The position numbers and the translations under genes were made by a program. A stretch of 63,107 bases of DNA, filler included, from Neolecta irregularis DAH-3 (lineage: Eukaryota): assembly GCA_001929475.1 (NCBI GenBank). It is 13 parts of 13 records of this genome, joined end to end, with 100 filler letters (N's around TTAATTAATTAA, not from the genome) between each part and the next. Parts side by side here need not be neighbours in the genome. Positions count along the whole stretch, not along the records: positions 36,443 to 37,727 come from LXFE01001315.1; positions 37,828 to 39,176 come from LXFE01001325.1; positions 39,277 to 42,582 come from LXFE01001327.1; positions 42,683 to 44,192 come from LXFE01001328.1; positions 44,293 to 47,523 come from LXFE01001329.1; positions 47,624 to 58,254 come from LXFE01001333.1; 7 more parts are not named here. One strand, 5' to 3'. Within the stretch, counting starts at the first letter, position 1. The number at the start of each line of letters is the position of its first letter. Under the pieces are notes generated by a model. That model had not been told where the DNA came from, searched no databases, and worked only from the letters and a program-made list of their open reading frames with translations. Shown here piece after piece: positions 37,661-49,752 of the stretch.

Positions 37661-37827
37661 GACACTATTCTCGCCTACTCTAACTATGAGGCATTGCACC
37701 GCCCATTGCGCACGCTGCCCCACACTGNNNNNNNNNNNNNNNNNNNNNNNNNNNNNNNNNNNNNNNNNNNNTTAATTAATTAANNNNNNNNNNNNNNNNN
37801 NNNNNNNNNNNNNNNNNNNNNNNNNNN

Positions 37828-39176
37828 TACTACTGGGTTCCCTTAGACATACCTAAGGATAATTTAAGCCCAGACATAGCTGGTGTCTTACACTGACAAA
37901 GAACTTTCCTAGTCAACATGAGATTGTTTTACTAGACCCTAATTAGAAAATTAATTCGCCAGTAATCCAGAAACCACTAGCACACTTGCCATTCCTGAAA
38001 TGGTATTTCGAATGAGAAGTGGAAGAGGGACTGTGTAATCATAATTTCTTGCTTACTATACTGTCAACTCCTTGGGAGTTCTGAATATCTCACTACCTTC
38101 GACTGTCCTGAGGGAATAGCTACATGATGTTGTTGTACATATTTCTACACTTGCTGCGCATGCATTGACCCTTAGGTTACAAGTTAGTAGGACGTAAATG
38201 ACATCTATGAAGCTCTGAGAGATGTGCACTCAGAGGTGTAGGTATGCAAGAGGATGAGAACTTGGATAAGTTCTGGATGAGAGGGCTCGACTTGCACAAT
38301 AAGTAAAAGACTTTATGAAGTAAAAGAATCAATAATTTCCAAGTACAAATACCACGTATTTATATGAATACAAAATTTCCTGATTTGGTAGTCAATAGAA
38401 GTTACACTTTGAACAGGACTTAGCAATTACTCTGTTAACTCCTATTAGGCCTGTTATCTTAATTCCATAATCTCTGCTTAACTCCCTTATCACCACCATT
38501 GCTGTCATACTGGTTCTAACTCGCCATGGATCGTTCCAGTGTAACTAGGGATCCAAGGGTGACTACACATGATCTCTTCATATTTTTGTGCAGGTACAGA
38601 TATTGCCAGTCTATGATTCCTTAGATTATTCCAGTCCAGAATTGGTGTTGCATAATTAATAGGTATCCACCACAATGCATTCCAGTGCAGTTCATCATCC
38701 AAGCAAGGAAACTTAACATGCATTTCCGTTAAATATAGTAATCCATAATTAAATTCAGGAATTCCTCGCAGTGCTTTATGACACTGCTCATAACTCATGC
38801 ATATTCAATCAAAGTTGGTCAAACTCAACCAAGCCCTATATACTTCATGTTGCCTGCACAGTGCAACCACCCAGCTATCGTAATCTTCCTTAATGCCTAG
38901 TCAATAGAGTTGATCGTTTAACTGTTGAAAGAAATATTTGTGAATTTGGTGATGATTCTCACTGGCCCTTTGCCCCAATACCTAAGGGCATGAGACTCCA
39001 CTTCAATCCAGGTGCACCGAGTACATTCTTGAGTGCTGTTAACTTCATCCAATATATACTATGAGGCCTGGGATGAACATGAGGTATCATCCAGACTTTC
39101 CTCACTACACTGGGTAGTTGAAGATTATCTAAAGATGTTCATTGGAAAAGATGCCAATTGGTTATCTCTGCTAGGA
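37828..39176. mobile_element. Probable ancient repeat/TE remnant
   Basis: Gap-bounded, visibly CpG-poor, only broken ORFs, and an LTR-end-like ...GGTTACA near 38181. No diagnostic domain recognised. Confidence 0.3.
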
Positions 39177-39497
39177 NNNNNNNNNNNNNNNNNNNNNNNN
39201 NNNNNNNNNNNNNNNNNNNNTTAATTAATTAANNNNNNNNNNNNNNNNNNNNNNNNNNNNNNNNNNNNNNNNNNNNTTTCCTTTTTTGACCTGCTAGCAT
39301 ACCCGTTCCAGCAGGATCGTTACTGAGAGAGTTCTGGAAACCCAAGATACGCCAATAGTATCCGCCGAACTTTTTAACGGTAAATATATATCTCCATTGG
39401 CGATTTGATATCATATCTCAATACAAGAAATGTACTCTTTTCTTTTCTTTTTGGCTTTAGTTCAACTACATCTGATAGCTAGCTCCCAACCCAAAAA

Positions 39498-42476
39498 TTA
39501 TAGCTCATCGTGATCCGCTGACATAGTCGATGTCTGTGAGGAAGAAGCCGATGATGAAGTGACTTTCTTCTTAGGAGTTGGCTTTTTCTTTTTATTCATT
39601 AATGCATCCAGCAAAATCCTTTGAATTTTCTCCGCTTGTTGTTCAATGTCTTTCACAGTGAGAACAGGATCTTGATATGGTTTGAGGATATTTTGTCTCG
39701 TAGTTCTCTCTTCTAGCCAGATTTCGAGTTCGGTGATCTTGCCGATACTAGATACAAGATCCTCAATGTTCAATGGCGGCAAGAAGGATGACGGAGCACT
39801 CGGTTCTGGAGAAGCATTCCATTCTGGAGATGCATACTTATCTGGTGAATGACTTTCCATTTGGCGGGGACTTGACGCTAAGAGAGGACTAGACAGTGGA
39901 TCCATTGGGGAAAGGAGAGGTGCTTTGTCTGACGATGATTTAGTTGTTTCTTTCTCAGCAGCCTGTTGAGCACTCTCCAGCATAACCTCGAAATAACCTT
40001 TCGTAGATTTAAGCGTGTCCGCCAATTTCTTTAGTGCTTCCGGTCGATTTGCGTTTTCTAATTTGCGGAGCGAAATGGGTGATTCAATATTACTGATGTA
40101 AGAGCCAGTTTAGTTATGGTGACTCACATCAGTTCTTTCATATAGGATTTCAATTCTTTCAGTGAGGCCACATCGCCCTTCATATTAATCCAATCATTCG
40201 CTTTGTCGATCTTTTGTTTGAATATTTCAATGGTCTCGGATGTAGTTGCTTCAATGAATCCTTGGTCATCAGAGTATTCTCGGACCCGGTAAAGATATCC
40301 TTCAAGCGAATTTCGTGCTTCTTCTCGATCGACGCGTTCTTTATCTTTCTTTTCAAGTGCCCGTAATCTGTAGTGTAAGTCCTCGAATTTCTGGCGCGAA
40401 AATACTTGGCAGATGAAGCCCGCTGCTCAGCAGCATTGAAAGCCCGAATCGGCTGGTTCTCACAAAACCATTTGAGAGGAATGGTAACTGATTTTTCAGG
40501 TGGTCCAGTATCTTCTACCTGATCCTCTTTCTCGTTATCGGCCACAGCAGTTTCTGTTAACGATTCAGTTGTAATCGATGAAGTAGTTTTCTTATACCAG
40601 TCAGTGCGGGTCAAGAATGGTAGACGTACCGGTTTTTTTCCCTTTAAGCCAAATAGGCTCTTCACTTTATCTAATGCTTAACAAAGCTGTCTAAGAGAGG
40701 AACAAACCTGAAAATCCGGTCTCTTCATCAGTTTCACAAGTCAAAGTGGAATTTAACACATTTAAAATCCCATTTTCGTTAATTTCGATAGTAACATCCA
40801 CATTAAGCTCTGTGAATTTGCCTTCTTTCTTGATCTTTTCCAGAGCGTCGGTAATACCAGTAATAGTTATAGTCAAAAGTTCATTGTTTGTATCAGTTTC
40901 GAATAAACTGAAACTGAAATCTACATTCTTTTCGAAAGAGATTGTTTTGCTTGTTCCAAGGTCTGTTGAAACCCCAAACAAGTTTTGCGTCATTTTATCC
41001 CCATCTGTATATTAGAAGAATTGCAGATCATACTCTTACTATCGAGATCGTGAGTCAAAGATACGTCGTATTGAGCTTTATCATGGATTCGAACATCCTT
41101 GGTCTTGAATTGACCGCTCAAAACAGCGGCTCTGAATACAGCACCCATTACGGCGGCTTCGTCAGCATTGATATTTTTCGAGATCTTTGATTCGCCAACG
41201 TGTTCCTCTAATATCTTTTGTATGAAAGGAACCCGGATACCGCCACCCGCTAAAAGAACACTATCGATATTGGAGAGTGGGATGCCGGCAACTTTGAGAG
41301 CGTCATCTATCGGTGCTACGACTCGAGTGGTTAGTTCAGCGAATGTAATTTCGAATTCCGAACGGGTTACTTTAGCTCTGAAATCAATATCTTCGTGGAG
41401 CGATTCAACCTGTGTGTAAATTATAGCAATAGCATGACATACCGATGCCGCAACTTCCTGGTTAGCACTCAAGATCTGCTTGACTCTCAATGCTTCTTTT
41501 CTCAATTTTGAAAGAGCTTTCGGACTATCTCTAATAGAAACCTTGACTTTGGGTCCATGCATTTCTTCGAATTTCACGACAAGGATCTCAGTCAACCGGT
41601 CAGTCAGAAGATCACCGCCCAAAGATCTATCCCACGCAGCTCCCAAAACATCAACGGCGACAATATTTTTGGTGTATTTCCCGACATCCGGAACGTCAGT
41701 TGTCTTGAATGAGACAAGAGTAGCAGATGTGGATCCAGCACCCATATCATAGACAATATGGTATCGCTCTTCAGGGTCCCAGGATCTACTATAGGCATAG
41801 TTGAGTGCAACTAGTTGTGAACCGAATTTCCAATAAAAATAACATACCGGCTGTTCCGTCATTTATTAGCGCGAGAAGTTTCAATCCTGAAATCTGAACC
41901 GCATCGATGATGGCTTGTCTTTCTGATTGAGAGAAGAACGGAGGAACGGTGACCACGACCTTTTTCACAGCTTCTTTTGCGGTATTTTGGACAAGGGCTT
42001 TAGAATTTGCAAATTGCAAGGCAACAAGTTCTTCGATAGCTAAGAACTCATCTTCGCGAGACAGGGAGATGGCGGGTCTTTCAAGTTGATCTTTGACAGA
42101 TATTTGTGGATTCATTCTTTGAAACTCTGTTACCTCTCTCTGGCCGATTGTTTTTCCAACAAGGGGTTTTAATGAGATGTAGACAGTGGAAGGAAACCGC
42201 GATGCCTGATAATTAGCAGGCTGTATATTCAAGAGGAACCAAATTTGCAGCATCAGATCCGTACGAGAGTTCTTCACCTTTAAAGGCTATGACGCTTTGT
42301 TCTTTTCGCTTTGAATCCTTGGTGAGGACGATATCGAGAGGTGATCCGTGCTTCACCATCGCCTGTTTTGTCCATTCTTGACCATAGTCGATAGCCATAG
42401 CTGCTGCTTGAGCAACATGAAACAGCAAAGAAAAGACGAATAAAGATAAAAGTAGTTTATTTCGGTGGTCAGTCAT
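39498..42476 (-). CDS. LHS1: ER lumenal Hsp70-family nucleotide exchange factor Lhs1/Grp170
   Basis: Signal peptide, AIDYGQEWTK, SKRKE, VTVPPFFSQSER, YDMGAGSTSAT, LAGGGIRVPFIQ, NINADEAAVMGA, and C-terminal HDEL. Confidence 0.95.
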
Positions 42477-42682
42477 TTTGACTGCGATGGGGGGGACACG
42501 TTGAGTGCAGGGATAATGATATATAGTCCGCTATATTCTTCCCAATGCGGGCCGTCGTTTGGAAAATAAGGGCAATTAAGGANNNNNNNNNNNNNNNNNN
42601 NNNNNNNNNNNNNNNNNNNNNNNNNNTTAATTAATTAANNNNNNNNNNNNNNNNNNNNNNNNNNNNNNNNNNNNNNNNNNNN

Positions 42683-43640
42683 TCCTTTCGTATATAAATT
42701 TGTTAGTTTTCGTTCGAAAAGCTTATTCTTGGTATCGCTCGAAGCCTTTAACGCAGCAGTTTCAACTTGGCGAACAACACCGACTTTATGCCCCGCGTTA
42801 ACCAGACTTACGTTAGAGTAGAAGACAAAGAAAATGGTACTTCCGGACATGAATTGACAGACGGTGGACTGGTATACTGGCGCTGAAGAAATTCCCCGAC
42901 ATGAGACAAGCTATATTGAGGATTTGGGAAGCAATCTTGCAGAATGAGCCAGAACGAATGCAAACTAAGGTAAAGTACTTTGGCATCATCTCCATAAAAT
43001 CTTTCGTATTAGAAAAAGTATTGCGGAAGAGAGATATACTTGAATTTATAGCCGACTTCGATGATCAGTAAAACACCAGGATTTTCCTCCCTGAATTTAA
43101 GATATTGTCTATCCGTAGGTGAGATTTCATATGAGGGTTGCACCTTTCCAATGGGGTAAGAGTTGAGATTATCTTCGATTCGACAGCCTTTGAATTTGAT
43201 ATCCGGGCTTTTCCAGGAGCTGCGAATTTCTTTTGTAATTCTGTGAGTTTTGATGATTCTTCCTCACTCTCATCATTTTCCCCATCTGAAGGTCTCTCGC
43301 TATCATCATCATCTCGTTGCGATATCTCCGAAACGAGATCTTTCCCAAGGAATCTTTTCACGAACTTTTGGTGCCGTTGCTTTTTCTCCTTAATTTCACT
43401 GGAAGTACGAGTCAAATCATGCGGGCCTTGTGGGGCGATGAATATAAAATCTGACGCCCGAGCAGATGAAAGTGTTTTTGGAACGGAAGTAGCAGGGGGC
43501 CCAGAGTCAACCCGGGACTTCTTCGAAAGGGGACATGATAACGAAGAGGACTCGTCAGCAGGCGCTTTGCGCTTGAAGAAATTGCTGATAGTCGCCTGTT
43601 TTGCGACCTGCGATGGGCTGGAGCCGCTGGGTACGACCAT
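42683..43640 (-). CDS. MSH3: MutS homolog 3, N-terminal part (rest lost in gap)
   Basis: PIP box [56 protein letters not shown]. Confidence 0.9.
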
Positions 43641-44127
43641 CTACAGTAGCAGAAACGAAGCGGAAACAAGCAGGCAATGCGACCCGGATAAATCAATTGA
43701 ATGACTGCTTGATTGATTGATTGATTGGCTGATTATTCTGCCTGCCGAGCTTATTGCTTTCGATGTGGGTGTATTAAAGATGGAGATGTATTTGCAAGAT
43801 TGGATTTGACTGCACGCACTGACGTTGTGCGAGTAGAGTAGCGGTGCACTGCGATCTGCCTCTAACCCTAATCTTGTATAGAAGTAACTCACAAGCAACA
43901 ATTATTCTGGTTGGACCTACATTCAGGCTAGTCTCGCGTCGCCCCGGATAGAAGAAGGCCCCATATCAGTTGATCTTACATTCTTCTCCCCAAATGTCTT
44001 ATGGCACATTTCCCACCAAGATCGGTCAGAAAAGATGCCTGCAGCAACGCGCAACTACCTCGTGTCTGGACTACTTCCGAAGAGGCTCGGGGCATTATTC
44101 TTTGGAACGACTCGGTTTAGTCGCCTT

Positions 44128-44192
44128 CAGACTTGCTAACAAGTAAGTCGTTCAAGTCAGACTTGCTTGCTTACTTGTTTATAAGCAAGTAA
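44128..44192. mobile_element. DNA-transposon/MITE terminus (CAGACTTGCTAACAAGTAAG) with ACTTG/CAAGT subrepeats
   Basis: Exact 20-bp reverse complement at 47937-47956 with the same subterminal repeats. Confidence 0.6.
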
Positions 44193-44310
44193 NNNNNNNN
44201 NNNNNNNNNNNNNNNNNNNNNNNNNNNNNNNNNNNNTTAATTAATTAANNNNNNNNNNNNNNNNNNNNNNNNNNNNNNNNNNNNNNNNNNNNTAAGAATT
44301 CAAAATAAGA

Positions 44311-44400
44311 AGGTCCTACCGGGATTCGAACCCGGGTTACCGGAATGTTTATCATAAGAAAGGATCAAAATCCGATGTGATGCCGCTACACTATAGAACC
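44311..44400 (-). tRNA. tRNA-Gln(UUG) with ~19-nt intron
   Basis: Reverse complement reads GGTTCTATAGTGTAGCGGCATCACATCGGA-TTTTGA-[intron]-TTCCGGTAACCCGGGTTCGAATCCCGGTAGGACCT. Confidence 0.92.
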
Positions 44401-45201
44401 TATATATGCTTCCTCAAGCAAATTGCCAATCTAAAGCAAACCTATCTCCATTTTCAACCGCCGTAGTCCAACTATCACTTTCTCTGTGAAAGACAAGACT
44501 CCAGGTACCTCAGTTTGCCAAGAGGAAACTTTTAGTTCACATAAATTCCAGCAATTAGGAATATCCTGGAAATTTAGCCGTCGACTTTATTTCAAAATCT
44601 CACCTTGCCTCCACTTATCACCCACCACTCCAGCCTCAACTTCCAGGACATTATATGTCTATGTTCCACTGAGCGGATAGACTGGATGGTTCCAGCTAGT
44701 TACTCCTTTCACTTCTCCTGACTCCTCCTCGTTTCTACGGACTGACTACTTTGTCACCTTCGATTATATTGCTCCTACTTCTCTGCATATTTCTCTATCG
44801 GTTACCTGTCCAGTATCCCTCAAGCCTGCCTATAAATACCAGGTGGTCTTCTAGCATCAGAAATTTATCTTAGAGCTCCTGTCCTAAGTTTTCTCGTCCT
44901 CCCCTTGGAAAATGTCCCCAGTTTGTGGTGTTGCTCTACTGCATTGGCATGCACTGGCAGAATCTATACGTCTAAACGAACGTCTAAACGAAGACCTGGC
45001 TAGTTCCTTCACGCAGGTGTCACCTTTCAATAAAAATAAGCTTTTGCAAATTCGTTTGAAGAGCATATGTCGGCGCAGTATCTCTTAATGAGACTTCACA
45101 ATATGCAAATATGATATTTCAAAGTTGGGCCAACTTTACGTGAAATTATTGGTCCGCAAGATGTATCATTACCACTGTTCAAATTCAGGTATTTCGTATC
45201 G

Positions 45202-47186
45202 TCATTCAGAATCTTGCTCCCTTTCCCTGAAAGTCACTGAAATCCCGACTCGACCGTCTTCAAAATCAAGAACCTTCTGCACAGGAACAAAACAACAGCC
45301 ATCGGGAACAAGGCACTCGGATGTAGAGAACAAAAATACAGGATTTGTAGAGCGGATGTCTCGAACTACTTCAAACTTGGTGCCTTCTGTACCCACAATG
45401 CTCACCCACTCAACTCGAGAATTTCGAGGAAGCTGGTCGACTACAAGGATGATAAGCTCTGCCGAGGGCAGATAACTCGTCCATACATGTCTTATCAAAT
45501 CCCGGTATGCCTCATTCGTCGTATAGCATATCATAACTTCGATTAAGCGCGAACTTACATTCTCTGCTTCAAGAATTCGATGGAAAGAACGTAATGCAAG
45601 AACCGTTTCCAATCGAATGTCCTCGGGAAAATCCATAGTAGAAGGAACAAGTCCAATCTGGCCTGCAATGAAGATAATCTCATTGGTCTATGAATGAGGT
45701 CATAGTGAAAGACCCAATAATACCCTTCGAAGCTGAGAATAAGGGCCAATATTACTCGGAGCCCAATAACTTCGACTTTGTACGTGCAGTCCACATTTTT
45801 TCGCTGTCGTCTTTGCCTTTGTTATCACCGACACCGAGACTTGTGTAGGAAGGGAGCAAGTCGCAATACATGCTCTTGAGGGAGGAAGAGGTTCACTGAA
45901 CCATTTCGAATAATACGAGTTAACATTGGCGAACAAATGCATATTTTGAAGAACAATGGTAGTATGAAGAATAGAATTGAAATTTTGACCATGCATATTC
46001 AAGAATTCTATATGGTAAGTTTGCTGAATACACAGAATATTCACCATCGATCTGCTTATGTATTTCAATCATAGCATCTTCGAGAACAGGGCTAAGTGAA
46101 GTAACGTTCGCAATGAACACATATCCGTTTAATTCCATATAGGAAAAAGACAAATTGGAAAAGCTTGAGTTCCCATTTAAGTGTTCCAAGTTTTCATTAC
46201 GGTCTTTGACTAGTGCTGCCCTACCATATATATCATGAAAAAACATATCCTCGTCGAGGACATGTTTTGGTTGGATGTATGCATTCCATGCGGATTGCGG
46301 TGAGTATCCTTTGGCTTCGGTGTGCGCTTTGAGCTTAAGATAATAGACTCCACCTAGATCGTGCTTTATTGTTTCCGATGAATCCCTAGAATATCAGTAG
46401 TTATTAAGCGAACCTATATACAACACGATGCGTTTCTTAAAAATGGGGCAGTCCAGCACGATGGTTTCATATTCTCCACCTTCACCGCAAGTGTTCAATC
46501 CATATCTATTTTCCTAAAGTCTAAATTTTTAACGAGGCCCAGATTACCAATTCCATAAGATAGTCATGCATCTCTGTCAACGACTTGCCGAGATGTCTTT
46601 CATTGAGCCCTAGAGATACATTGGTTGCCTTCTTATGAAGAGATTACCCAACGCGGCTACTTTTATCAAGATAGCATCCAGAGAGCAAGCAATCATATTT
46701 TTCAATAATTCATTCTGTGCTCTCTGCCAAAGAAATCCATAACATAACAATCCTAATCGCGAGCATACGTTTTCTACTCGAGTCCGTTGATAGTTTGAAA
46801 GAATAGCACCCACAGACACCCCCTCGATTTCAGGTCTATGCATCTCTTCGATCATTCAATGTATAACAAGATCAGAATACCATTACTTCTTGCAGTAGAA
46901 GATATAGGTCTTCTGTTTCATCCTTTTCAGTGACTGAATAATTCAGGTTCTGATCGAGACTTGCTCCAGTGATCTCCCTTCTGTACAATGGAATACCCAT
47001 CGCATCAGCAATCAATTCAGTAATATTATGACCGACAGTCTGGTACATGAAACTGTCCATTTCATCTGCGTCTGAAGCAGGAGGGTATAGGTTGGCAAGA
47101 GCATCAATCGTATGACCATTCTTCACACATTCCATCATGTTGAAGCAGCTATCCTTTCCTCCAGATACAAGTGCTACAAGTTTCAT
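45202..47186 (-). CDS. DPH6: Diphthine-ammonia ligase with C-terminal YjgF/RidA-like domains
   Basis: MKLVALVSGGKDSCFNM, DSFMYQTVG, GAILSNYQRTRVENVC, CGEGGEYET, LHVQSRSYWAPSNIGPYSQ, LPRNSRVEW. Confidence 0.95.
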
Positions 47187-47623
47187 CTAAATCGAGTTAA
47201 TATAACCTTGAGACTATAACGGTAAAGAATAGAATGATCCAATACGTCTCAAACGACAGGATTTTGATCTAGCAAAGTATATTATGATGCGTAACATATT
47301 CCAGAAACGAGCTCTGAAACTGACCGCTAATTTGCAGATGAATTGAAACTAATGACTTACATTGTGAGATGATAATGAAGACGACGAGCAGACCGACCAA
47401 GATGAAAAATAGCTAAAAGTTTCACGTGATCTGTGAGGTCCGGTATCAAAGAGTGCTTGTGGTACGAACATGATATACCTGGTTCTTTTTACTGTAGAAG
47501 ATATTTTGGGAGTCTTTTGTTTTNNNNNNNNNNNNNNNNNNNNNNNNNNNNNNNNNNNNNNNNNNNNTTAATTAATTAANNNNNNNNNNNNNNNNNNNNN
47601 NNNNNNNNNNNNNNNNNNNNNNN

Positions 47624-48237
47624 TGGCCAGATAGAAATCATTTTATGTTAGCAATTTTGGTTATTTAGTGAATATTGTATTGCACCTATTCTAATTGTCA
47701 AAAAAGACGAGCCGCCCACCTGCCCGCCCGCCTGCCGAAAACGTTTTGACCCGGCCGCCCACCCGCCGGAGATTGATTGACCAGCCCATCCGCCGGAGGG
47801 TCTCCGGTGGGGTCGGGCGGGAGGGTGGACACACTGTAAAAATTTATCAACCAAGTTCATACAAGCAAGTTCAAGTTTGCAAGTAAAATAGCAAGTAAGT
47901 CCAAGCAAGCAAGTCCAAAGTCCAGACTTGAACTTTCTTACTTGTTAGCAAGTCTGGTAGTCATTGGAAAAGAACTGAAAGGTACATGGAATTCGGCTCT
48001 GCGCAAACGCACCATTTCTCTGCGGAACTCGCCTCTGAATAATATAAACAAGAAACATGTCTACAACGCAGTCCATCACGTTAATATCAATGGACATGGT
48101 GAGATCAATGTGATAGAATTTTTAATCTATATATAAGTATATAGCACTTACAATTTCCTATATTCATTTATATAGATGCAATACCAAATTCACTAAATAA
48201 CCCAAATTACTAATATAAAATGATTTCTATCTGGCCA
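47624..48237. mobile_element. MITE-like element with ~67-bp imperfect terminal inverted repeats, containing nested TE ends
   Basis: 47624-47690 is the reverse complement of 48171-48237 (first 23 bp exact). Inside lie a GC-rich end reading TACAGTG on the minus strand and the CAAGT-repeat end at 47850-47956. Confidence 0.65.
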
Positions 48238-48329
48238 TTTCTTTCTTTGGTGAGGTATGCTGCACATACTCACAAAGTCACGTCGAATCATCCTGATCAG
48301 TGTGTCACGTGATAAGAGAGAAGCAGCGT

Positions 48330-48472
48330 TGCGGATGGGCGCCACCGCCGGAGGCTTAGTCAGCTTTCCCATGTGCCCGTAAGCCTAAATGGGCAGTCGG
48401 CGGACGGCTTTGTGGCCCATTTAAACGGGCGCATGGGCTGGCTAAGCCCTACGGCAGCGCGCCTACCCTGTA
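48330..48472. mobile_element. Palindromic MITE-like foldback (~140 nt)
   Basis: ggcttagtcagc..cccatgtgcccgt..taaatgggc pairs with gcccattta.acgggcgcatggg.ctggctaagcc. Confidence 0.6.
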
Positions 48473-48597
48473 ATAAACAGGTGTGTCGGAAGCGTTGTAT
48501 CGTTACACCGCACACATTATCTTATAGAAACATAGCAAGATGAAGCAAAGTTTAAGATATAAACATAATGCAATCAAGACTGCCCTAAATCCCAGTC

Positions 48598-49752
48598 CTA
48601 TTTCAAAGTAACCCATTCCTTAATCCAGTACCGATCCAAAATAACCTTCTTTTCAATCGACATATTGTGACCACTACCAACAACGACATTCATTCGTTGA
48701 AGCAATGGTAAGTGATCATCGACAAGAGCAATCCCAATTAGATCACAAACAGATGCTGGAACATTCCCAATGTATAATGTGTCAAGTTGGAGAAGCCGAA
48801 AACTCGGACACGTCTTGGTGTTCCTGCTATGATCGACCATGCCAACCAACTTGAAGACAAGCTTCCGCAAATTCAAGCAGCTGCAAAATATTTCCAACAA
48901 AGTATCTATGGAGAAGGCATACCGACATCGATCAATTTGAATATCGACAAGTCGATCACCGTAGGTGCTAATGTACCGACTAAAGCCCCGCTCTGCATTT
49001 CCGGCTTGATTTACTGGGAATGTGAGATTTCGCAACGTCAGTTTCTGTAGCGGAGGAAGTACGTCAAAATGATCTCCGGTGAAATGACGAATCATAAGCA
49101 ACGATAGATCCTCTAAATGTGTCCTCGGTTCCAGAATTGTACGAAGGCGATTTGAATCCAAGATCGATACCGAAATCTCCATTGTTCGTAGTCCTTTCCA
49201 TGCTTTATGAAGGATACGACATTCTTTGTCTGTGCCGTAGATCTGTACTCCCGTATTATGTGTTAACCAACGCATTGTTTGAACATGTTTTAGCATCCCG
49301 AGGGCGACTTTGACATTTGTTGAGCCTGCGAAGAAATCCACTGTACGAACCTTTGGCGTAAACTCCAAAAACTCTATGATATAATGTTCGCTGGCTTCGT
49401 TGGGTGCGATAGAGAGCACTGACCCTGGAACTAGTTGGATAGTAGTTACTCTATTGCCATTTGGCCTATTTGGCGTTCGCTGTCGAGAAAGAAAGAAGTA
49501 CGGGATAATCCGAATCGCAAATGCCGTATCCACGACGAGGATTTCATAGAGCTTGTCAAGACAGGGGTTCAAAAAAGCAGAATTTGTCAATGACAAGTCG
49601 ATTAACCAGCGACACCTTCTTCCAAGCGGTGCTTCAACCAGAAGCTCTGCAATACGAGAGAGAATCTCAGGAGGAAGGTAGGGAACTCGACGATCTAGTT
49701 AGATTAAGTCAAAAAGCTCAGTTGTAGATTGTATACCTTGAGCAACGGACAT
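48598..49752 (-). CDS. F-box-like protein with LRR-like C-terminus
   Basis: Short exon 1 (MSVAQ), intron with CTAAC branch site, then YLPPEILSRIAELL (F-box pattern) and LxxLxL repeats. Confidence 0.65.

Noticed and set aside
37226-37783. Pro/Ser/Arg-rich ORFs on both strands
   Set aside because: Artefacts of a stop-free low-complexity repeat.
42582-42682. Apparent truncation of MSH3
   Set aside because: The frame runs into a fixed-size placeholder gap; the rest is most likely unassembled rather than lost.
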